In this document: piece by piece, positions 56,767 through 64,000 of the stretch
Layout of the letters: each line of letters starts with the position of its first letter
Numbering within the stretch: the first letter of the stretch is position 1
Source: Candidatus Multivoradales bacterium
GTDB lineage: Bacteria > Acidobacteriota > Thermoanaerobaculia > Multivoradales > J023
Direction: 5' to 3'
Assembly: GCA_965248925.1 (NCBI GenBank)
Contig: CBDFLE010000005.1
Coordinates: 128,001-192,000 of the forward strand
DNA length: 64,000 nt
The notes under the pieces: generated by a model
Told to the model about the DNA's origin: nothing
The model's input: only the letters and a program-made list of their open reading frames with translations
Databases searched by the model: none
Translations under genes and position numbers: made by a program

Positions 56767-58418
56767 TGGCTCTGTTGCGAGTAGAAAAAGGCGAAGGGGC
56801 GCCGTTCGAGATCGCCCTGAAGAACCATGCATTGAGCATCGGCCGTGGTGTTTCTAACGACCTCTCCTTCAGCAATCCCTGGTTGTCGCGTCTGCACGCC
56901 CGAGTAACGCCACGCGCGGGACGTTTCTTTGTGCAAGACCTGGGTAGCCGCAACGGCACTTTTGTCAACGGCCAAGAACTCCAGGGCGAGTACGAGTTGC
57001 GCCATGGCGATACCATCGAGCTGGGTGAGGTGGTGTTGAGTCTAGAAGTAGATACAGCGTTCCTGCAGGTTGCCCCGACTGCTCAGCCGCTGAGCGGCCA
57101 GGGCACGGTAGTTCTGCGTTCAGAAGAACTGTCTTTGGATCGGTTTCGCGAGGCCCAGCCGGCTAGCGGGCGGGTGGACAGCCTGTGGCCGGCCCTCAAC
57201 GCCGCGGCTGCGGCCCTTCTGCACCATTACCCGCTAGATGAGCTGGTGGAGGTGGCCCTCGATCGGGTCCTGGCGGCCGTTGCAGCCGACCGAGCAGCGC
57301 TGCTGCTGCGCAGCGGCGCCGAGCAAGAACCGCAAGTACGCGCGGTGCGCGGATTTGCGGCTGGTGAAGAGCTACGCCTCAGCCGGACCATCATCGACGC
57401 CGTCCTCGAACGGCACGAAGCGGTGCTGACGATCGATGCACAGAGCGACGAGCGTTTCGATCAGGCGCAGAGCATCCTGCTTCAGGGCATTCGCTCGATC
57501 ATCTGCGTGCCGCTGTGGAATGACGGCCGAGTCGATGGGCTGATCTATCTTGACCACCGCTTCGCTGGGCGAAATTTTGGTGAGCATGAGCTGCGCTTGG
57601 TCGGGCTGATCGCGAATATGTTGGCGATCAAGGTGCAAAACGCCATGCTGTGGCAGGCGCAAATTGAGAAGCAGCGCTTCGAGGAGCAGCTAGCCGTGGC
57701 GGCTGAGATCCAACGCAAGCTACTGCCCGACGCGGACCCAGAGGTGGCGGGCTACGATATCGGCGGGGCGAGCAGCTCCTGTTACGAGATCGGCGGTGAT
57801 TACTTCGACTTCTGTGCCCACGACGATGGCCGTTGGTCGGTAGTCATCGCCGATATTTCCGGTAAGGGGGTCGGCGCGGCGTTGTTGATGGCTTCGTTGC
57901 AGGCCTCGCTTCGCACCTTGACTCATCACATCGACGATCCAGCAGAACTGGTCCACGCCCTCAATCGTGCGCTTGTGGAGAGCTCGCCGTCCAACAAATT
58001 CGCCACCCTGTTCTACGCTGAACTCGATCCGCGCCAGAACCTGCTGCGATACGTCAACGGGGGCCACAATCCAGCTTTCTGGGCCCATGGCCAAGAGGTC
58101 ACAGCGCTTGGCTCAACCGGCCCGATTGTCGGTATCGTACCGCTGGCTCGCTTCGAATGCCGGCAGATCGAACTCGCTCCGGGCGACCGGGTGCTGCTTT
58201 ACACCGATGGCATCAGCGAACTCAATAACCCTGCGGGTGAGGAGCTGGGCGAAGCTCCCTTGGCAGAACTGATGGCCGTCGATCCGCGGGAAGACTCGCG
58301 AGCCTTGATGGCTCGGGTGCGTCGCACCATGGACGACTTTCGCGCCGGCGGCAAAGTGGGTGACGACCAGACCTTGGTGGTGATTCGCCGCCTCCCTTTA
58401 GCAGCCGAGTCGTGTTAG
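56760..58418 (+). CDS. FHA - GAF - SpoIIE/PP2C phosphatase
   Basis: IGR...SRLHA...DLGSRNGTFVNG; IGGDYFD, IADISGKG, YTDG, DDQT. Confidence 0.92.
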   Translation: MLMALLRVEKGEGAPFEIALKNHALSIGRGVSNDLSFSNPWLSRLHARVTPRAGRFFVQDLGSRNGTFVNGQELQGEYELRHGDTIELGEVVLSLEVDTAFLQVAPTAQPLSGQGTVVLRSEELSLDRFREAQPASGRVDSLWPALNAAAAALLHHYPLDELVEVALDRVLAAVAADRAALLLRSGAEQEPQVRAVRGFAAGEELRLSRTIIDAVLERHEAVLTIDAQSDERFDQAQSILLQGIRSIICVPLWNDGRVDGLIYLDHRFAGRNFGEHELRLVGLIANMLAIKVQNAMLWQAQIEKQRFEEQLAVAAEIQRKLLPDADPEVAGYDIGGASSSCYEIGGDYFDFCAHDDGRWSVVIADISGKGVGAALLMASLQASLRTLTHHIDDPAELVHALNRALVESSPSNKFATLFYAELDPRQNLLRYVNGGHNPAFWAHGQEVTALGSTGPIVGIVPLARFECRQIELAPGDRVLLYTDGISELNNPAGEELGEAPLAELMAVDPREDSRALMARVRRTMDDFRAGGKVGDDQTLVVIRRLPLAAESC

Positions 58419-58595
58419 GATGGCGCTACAGCATGATCCTCGCCAGCTAGTCGGGGAGGGAGGGCAGCGGGGCCAGTGATCAGGCAGCAGCGAGGTGATT
58501 TCGTCGCCGCGGATCTCACTGGAAGCAACTCAACTGGAAGTAGCTCAGCGGGAAGCAATCACTCGTTTGAGCCGAAGACCCAAGGAGGCGCGCCG

Positions 58596-61500
58596 ATGCG
58601 CGAATCTGCCGCCCAGCACCGACCCACATCGTGGGCGCCTGGGGTGCTCTCGGTGCTCTTGTTGGCCTTGCTGCTGGCCCAGTCGGCGGTGGCCGATACG
58701 CCAATGCCCAGTCAGCAGCGCGGCACTAGCGCCGATACCGCCTACCAAGTTGGCCAACTCGATCAGGTCAATCTCTTCAACGGCAATCTGACGGTTCGTT
58801 TGCCCCTCGGCCTCACTTATCCGCTGGGGCCCGAACTGTCCTATGGTTTGGCGCTGGCCTACAACTCGAATGGCTGGGACTCACAGCGCGACTCCTGTCC
58901 CCAGTTGGGTGGCCATGGGGTGGTGAGCTACAACTTCCCGGTTGCCGATGCTAATGCCAATGCTGGCTTTGGCTGGCACTTGCATCTTGGGCGGTTGCTA
59001 GCCTCGGAGCCGGTGCCGGGAGTGCCACAGAATTGGGGCTATTTGAGTCCGGACGGTGGCCAACATACGTTTTACGATTCTCTGCATCCGGGCCCAGAGG
59101 GCAGTTTGTTGCCGTCTGCTGGCGCGCAGCCCGGAGTTCGCTTCACCAAAGACGGCACCTATCTGCGCCTGCGGGAGCACCCTCAGAGTTCTACCTTCTG
59201 CACCACCCCGGTTGGCTTCGCTGGCAGTTGCCGAACGGTGGAGTTCCCCGACGGACGGGTCCATGAGTTTCACAATTTCGGCGATGCGGTGGCCAGCGAT
59301 TGGCGGGTCACCCGGCAGCGCGATCGCTTCGCCAACTTCCTCGACATCCGCTATCCGTCGGACGACCTCTGGCGGCTGACCGATTCATCGGGGCGCCGGC
59401 ACCTGGTCGAGCTAGCCGACGGACGGGTCGAGCGTCTGCTGCTCAGCGCGTTTGGTGGCCAGACGGCGGTGATCGACCTGCAGTACCGCCAGCAGTCGAT
59501 CGATCGGCACGCCTACCACCCGCCCGATTGTCTAGGGGTGCCTTCGGCGGCGATCGAGGTGGATCTTCTGCAGCGGGTGGTGCTGCCCGATGGCTCGTTT
59601 CTCGAGTTTGACTACTTTACTAGCGGCGGTCCGGGCGAAGTTCTCTCTGGCGCCCTGGCCGAGCTGCGGCTACCGACCGGCGGTGGTTTTCGCTGGACTT
59701 ATCAGGGCATTGATTTTCGCGCTCAAGCACCGCAAGTTCCGGGGGGTGCCGAGCAATCGCAGATTGTCTATGGCATTCGCTCGAAAGAGGTCTTCAGTGA
59801 CTTGCAGCGACCCGCGGATGCGGTTTGGCGCTATGACTATGAGACCGTTGGCAATCCTTCGGCACCAGGCGAGGAACTGTTCGCCCCCTGTTTTCACACC
59901 CTCACCTTGACTGATCCACTGGGCAACGACACCCAGCACTTCTTTTCCACCGCAAACCGCTTGGGGTGGAAATTCGGCCTGCCGTTTACCGCTTGCGACC
60001 CAACCCGCCCAGGCTCGTTCTCACTCGACGGCCCCTACTTGTCGCAGCGGCTCTATGCCGGCGCGGTGGCGAATGGCGCTGTGCTGCGCTCGGTGTGGGT
60101 AGATTACGCCAGTGATGGTGCCAACACCGGCCAGCACCAAGACCGCAACTACCGGCTGAACTACCGCAAGGTGGTCTACCACGACGACGACGGGCGGTAC
60201 AAGGAGGTCACTTACTCCGACTTTGATGGTCTCGGTAACTTCAGGATCGCTACCACCGGCGGTAACTTCGGCAGCGGAGACCAGAAGACTACGACCACTG
60301 CCTACAACCCTGGCCGTGGCAGCTACCGCTTGCTCAGTGAGTTCCCTGTGGTGGTGGATGCCACTACCGACCTTGAGATCCCCTTGGCCGATCAGCCCTG
60401 GTTGTTACAGCTCTACGATCAGCGTCGAGTGGCGGAAGGTTCGCGGGTTCAGGTCACTGAGCAATGCCTCGATCCAGCTACCGGCTTTCTCCTTCGGCTA
60501 CGGCAGCTGGCTGGCGATCGGCAAGCGAGTCATGACGTGATCACGGAGTTCAGATCCGAGATGGTCGGTCCGCGGGCGACCGGTTGGCCCGCTCGGGAGT
60601 TGACCTATGGCGGCGATGACCAGGCGCAATTGGCAAGCGGTAGCTTGTGCCAGTTGCGCTTGCCTCAGAGGCCGCGCTACGAGCGTCGACAGAAGTATCA
60701 ATTTGGTGCCCGGGCGCGGGTTAGCGCCATTGATTCGAGCACTGGCGGAGAAGTGCTGGTGCTGGAGGATCAGCAGATCGATCGCTCAAGTGGTTTGCCG
60801 GCCTTGCTCCGCGACTCGGCTGGAGTTGAGACTGAATTGGTTTGGGATGCTCTCGGTCGGCAGCTCGCCGAGCGGGAGGAAGACGGTGTTTGGACCTCGT
60901 ATGAGTATCGCCTGCCGACGGTCGAACGTCCCTTGTTACAGCCTTGGCTAACCATCAGGGATTGCCGCCCTGGGCTGTCCACTTGCGAGAATGCCGATCA
61001 GCTTGGCTGGCGCCGGCACCGTTTCGACGGCCTTGGCCGGCCGGTGATGGAAGAGGTGCGGATCCCGGAAGACAACGACATCGTGATTCACTCACGCCAG
61101 CTGACCTTCAATCCGATGGGGTGGAAACTCGGCGAGTCGGCCTGGGATCAGCCGGACTTGGTGACTGCCTACTCCGCCTACGACCGCTTCGGACGAGTGG
61201 GCAGAGTCAAACCGCCGGCATCGCCAGCGATGCGTTTTACCTACCGCGGCGATCGGCTGAAGACCACGGAACACCAGGTGATGCTGCCGGGAAACTCACA
61301 GCAGCCGTCTTTCACCACCCGCCAGTTTGACCGCCAAGGACGCTTGGTAGAGGTGTGCGAAGGTGACGATCAACCTTGGCAAGGAGCCTGTGGCAGAGGA
61401 GTTAAGACCCGCTATGGCTGGGATGCCGGGCGCCACCTGAGCTGGGTCTGTAGCGCTGCTCAGGGCCAGGATTGCGCTCAGCGGCGGGACTTCGTCTACG

Positions 61501-63704
61501 ACGGACGAGGTTTCTTGGTCGCCGACCGGCAGCCGGAAGTCGGCCCTAGTGGTAACGGCTGGACCACCTTTGCCTATGACGCCAAGGGCCATATTTTGGG
61601 CCGGCGGATCGAAGCTGCCTCGCAGCTCGACTTGAGTTGGACCTACGACAGCGCCGGTCGACTGCTGAAGGTCGAGGGAGTCGCTGCCGACGGCTCGGCC
61701 CGGCCGCTCAAGGGCTGGCGTTACGGTGGGCAGAATGGGTCGGGTGATCTGCGCCGCGGCAAGCTGATCGAAGCGAGCCGCTACAACTGGCTCAGCGACT
61801 CCGATCCCGTGGCGAGTCCACTGGCGGGCAGCTTGTTGGCGACGGTGATCGAGACCTATGTCTACGGCGGCCGCGGTGGTCGCATGTCGAGCCGGCGCAC
61901 GCGCTATGTTGGCACCCGGATGGAGGTGGAGTTCGAGCTCGGTCTGCACTATGACGAACTCGGCCTGCCGGCCACTCTCGACTACCCAGCTTGCACCTTG
62001 GGCTGCTCCGAGGTGGCACCGGCTCGGCGACTGGAGATCCGTCGATTGCTCGGTTTCAGCCGCCAGATTCCAGGTTTTGCCGATTCGATTTCTTACCAGT
62101 CGGGGGGGATGGTGCGGCGGGTGGCGCATGCCAACGGGGTCGCTTGGACTCTCGAGGTGGACCCCAACAACGGCCTGCGGCGGCCCTCGCGCATCGCCAC
62201 CGACCGCGGCTGGGACACCGGCACCTACGACTATGACGGGATGGGCAACATCCACCGCATCGGTTCCCGCACCTTCCGCTACGACCGTCTCGGCCGGCTA
62301 TTGTCCGGGCAAGCTCGGGCAGCTTCCGGCGACCGCCACCAGAACTTCTCCTACGACGATTTCGGCAACCTGACCCAGATGGTGACCGACGGTGTCGAGC
62401 TCCGATTGGAGGTCGATCCGTCCTCCAATCGGCTGGCCGGCGCCGAGACCCGCTACGACGCTGCTGGCAATATGACCGAGCGTGCCTTGACCCCCGAGGC
62501 CACGCCAGCCGTCGCCCATAAGGTGCGCTACAGCTTTGATGCCTTGGGCATGTTGCGGCAGGAGTTGGCCGACAGCGGGGGCTTGCGTTGGCATGTTTAC
62601 GGCATCGACGACGAGCGTTTGCTGTCGGTCGATTGCCAACACGGTAGCTTCAGTAGCTGTCTGGCTGGTGGCCGCCAGACTTGGAGTCTCCGTGGTAAGG
62701 ACAGCGAAGTTCTGCGGGTCTTGGATTTTCAGCCTTCGGCGAGCGGCGGCAGGTGGCGCTGGCAGCAAGACTATGTTTATCGAGATCAACAGCTGCTGGC
62801 GGCGGTGGAGAATGACGGCCGGGGAGGCGAGGCAACCTACCATCTGCACATCGATCATCTCGGCACTCCGCGGCAGATCACCGATCGCTGGGGGCGTACG
62901 GTGAGTGAGCACGCCTTTCTGCCATTTGGCGAGCAGACTCTGGGGGCGGAAGATGGAGGATTCAGTTTGCGCTTCACCGGCCATGAGCGTGATCAAGGTG
63001 TGTTGCAGCTGGACTACATGCACGCGCGCTTCTGCAGCTCAGATTTAGGACGTTTCCTCAGTGTCGATCCAGTGGCTGGCGATCCGGCGACCCCGCAGTC
63101 GTGGAATCGCTACGCCTACGCGCGCAACAACCCACTGCGCTATATCGATCCCAACGGCCGCGATACCGCTCAGGTCTATCTCGACCAAGAGGTGCTCGAT
63201 TTCCTCGAAAAGGGGGATGATCCGGGCTTCCTTGACCCGACTCTGCAAGCCGCGGCGGCCCTTGGTGTGACCTTGATCACCCCAGGGCCCGACGAGTTAC
63301 TGCTCGGTGCCGCGCTCAAGGGAGCACTCAACGGGGCGCGCGCGGGTGGTGCCGTGGCTCGCGGCGGGGCGGCGCTGAAGCGGGTCGCGGCGCGGGTCAA
63401 GAAGGGCGACAAGGCGAGCGATGCCAAAAGCGCGGCCAATGCCCAGCGGTTGCGCAAGGACCTGGCCAATCGACAGCAGGTCGGCGAGTTGCGTAGCAAT
63501 GCCGAGGCCTACGCGGGGGCCGGCACCAAGACGCCGATTCGCGATGCCGACCGCCTGGTTCGTCAGCACGGCGGCCATGCCGATGATTGGGCCAAAGTGC
63601 GCTCCAGCCCGCACAAAGGGGCCGATGGCCGGACCTATGAAGTTCATGCTTACAAGAATGTTCGCACTGGCGAGATCGTCGAGATGCGCACGGCGATTCA
63701 CTGA
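58596..63704 (+). CDS. Rhs/YD-repeat polymorphic toxin with signal peptide and C-terminal toxin domain
   Basis: AAGGAGG RBS, signal peptide, VNLFNGNL, YD repeats, DHLGTPR, FTGHERD, GRFLSVDP, NNPLRYIDPNG. Confidence 0.92.
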   Translation: MRESAAQHRPTSWAPGVLSVLLLALLLAQSAVADTPMPSQQRGTSADTAYQVGQLDQVNLFNGNLTVRLPLGLTYPLGPELSYGLALAYNSNGWDSQRDSCPQLGGHGVVSYNFPVADANANAGFGWHLHLGRLLASEPVPGVPQNWGYLSPDGGQHTFYDSLHPGPEGSLLPSAGAQPGVRFTKDGTYLRLREHPQSSTFCTTPVGFAGSCRTVEFPDGRVHEFHNFGDAVASDWRVTRQRDRFANFLDIRYPSDDLWRLTDSSGRRHLVELADGRVERLLLSAFGGQTAVIDLQYRQQSIDRHAYHPPDCLGVPSAAIEVDLLQRVVLPDGSFLEFDYFTSGGPGEVLSGALAELRLPTGGGFRWTYQGIDFRAQAPQVPGGAEQSQIVYGIRSKEVFSDLQRPADAVWRYDYETVGNPSAPGEELFAPCFHTLTLTDPLGNDTQHFFSTANRLGWKFGLPFTACDPTRPGSFSLDGPYLSQRLYAGAVANGAVLRSVWVDYASDGANTGQHQDRNYRLNYRKVVYHDDDGRYKEVTYSDFDGLGNFRIATTGGNFGSGDQKTTTTAYNPGRGSYRLLSEFPVVVDATTDLEIPLADQPWLLQLYDQRRVAEGSRVQVTEQCLDPATGFLLRLRQLAGDRQASHDVITEFRSEMVGPRATGWPARELTYGGDDQAQLASGSLCQLRLPQRPRYERRQKYQFGARARVSAIDSSTGGEVLVLEDQQIDRSSGLPALLRDSAGVETELVWDALGRQLAEREEDGVWTSYEYRLPTVERPLLQPWLTIRDCRPGLSTCENADQLGWRRHRFDGLGRPVMEEVRIPEDNDIVIHSRQLTFNPMGWKLGESAWDQPDLVTAYSAYDRFGRVGRVKPPASPAMRFTYRGDRLKTTEHQVMLPGNSQQPSFTTRQFDRQGRLVEVCEGDDQPWQGACGRGVKTRYGWDAGRHLSWVCSAAQGQDCAQRRDFVYDGRGFLVADRQPEVGPSGNGWTTFAYDAKGHILGRRIEAASQLDLSWTYDSAGRLLKVEGVAADGSARPLKGWRYGGQNGSGDLRRGKLIEASRYNWLSDSDPVASPLAGSLLATVIETYVYGGRGGRMSSRRTRYVGTRMEVEFELGLHYDELGLPATLDYPACTLGCSEVAPARRLEIRRLLGFSRQIPGFADSISYQSGGMVRRVAHANGVAWTLEVDPNNGLRRPSRIATDRGWDTGTYDYDGMGNIHRIGSRTFRYDRLGRLLSGQARAASGDRHQNFSYDDFGNLTQMVTDGVELRLEVDPSSNRLAGAETRYDAAGNMTERALTPEATPAVAHKVRYSFDALGMLRQELADSGGLRWHVYGIDDERLLSVDCQHGSFSSCLAGGRQTWSLRGKDSEVLRVLDFQPSASGGRWRWQQDYVYRDQQLLAAVENDGRGGEATYHLHIDHLGTPRQITDRWGRTVSEHAFLPFGEQTLGAEDGGFSLRFTGHERDQGVLQLDYMHARFCSSDLGRFLSVDPVAGDPATPQSWNRYAYARNNPLRYIDPNGRDTAQVYLDQEVLDFLEKGDDPGFLDPTLQAAAALGVTLITPGPDELLLGAALKGALNGARAGGAVARGGAALKRVAARVKKGDKASDAKSAANAQRLRKDLANRQQVGELRSNAEAYAGAGTKTPIRDADRLVRQHGGHADDWAKVRSSPHKGADGRTYEVHAYKNVRTGEIVEMRTAIH

Positions 63705-63719
63705 GCGGCGGCGGATCGA

Positions 63720-64000
63720 ATGAAAGTCCGCTGTCTCAGCCGGCGCCCTACTCCGGAGCAGATGCGTCGGTTGGGTTTCGACCGCCGCCAACGCAACGAG
63801 TTCGCGGTGACACCGGGAAGGCTCTACACCGTCCTCGGCCTGACCTTCATCGCCAAGTCGGGATTCTTTGGCAGCGGCGTTACCCTGCAGCTGATCGATG
63901 ACTTGGAGCGCTGGTCTCTCAAGCCACTGTGCATTTTCGATATCGAAGATCCACGACCCTCGGGGCTGTGGACTGCCGGGATGCTCGACGACACGGATAT
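63720..64000 (+). CDS. Putative immunity protein (3' truncated; absent from ORF track)
   Basis: ATG 15 nt after the Rhs stop, open to the window end: MKVRCLS...TPGRLYTVLGL...PLCIFDIEDPRPSGLW. Confidence 0.65.
   Translation, partial: MKVRCLSRRPTPEQMRRLGFDRRQRNEFAVTPGRLYTVLGLTFIAKSGFFGSGVTLQLIDDLERWSLKPLCIFDIEDPRPSGLWTAGMLDDTD

Overview
GC-rich bacterial chromosomal window. Gene content and order would fit an Acidobacteriota-like organism, but that is inference only. Most of it is housekeeping: recO 3' end, glyQ/glyS, mutL, rnc, asnS, two pilT-family ATPases, a MacAB-type exporter, hemA/C/D, icmF, birA, coaX, comEC, miaA, hfq and rsmD. An Rhs toxin and a probable immunity gene sit at the right end. 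The standout is a ~11.7-kb island (12.7-24.4 kb) bracketed by two direct-repeat rpn (PD-(D/E)XK) genes. It holds a complete diversity-generating retroelement (DGR): an HTH-four-helix-bundle gene, avd, a template repeat (TR) and a reverse transcriptase. The single TR corresponds to the 3' ends of two convergent NLR-like genes, TIR-NACHT-(TIR-like)-FGE/CLec and metallophosphoesterase-NACHT-FGE/CLec. By hand alignment every TR/VR difference falls on a TR adenine: 14 substitutions in VR1, and 11 substitutions plus one deleted A (a frameshift) in VR2. Both VRs are followed by a shared tail and a GC-rich hairpin. Each rpn gene has an internal Shine-Dalgarno plus ATG consistent with an intragenic RpnS antitoxin. 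A vapBC-type TA pair and a GlyGly-CTERM/rhombosortase pair lie next to the island. All domain calls come from motif recognition; no database searches were run.
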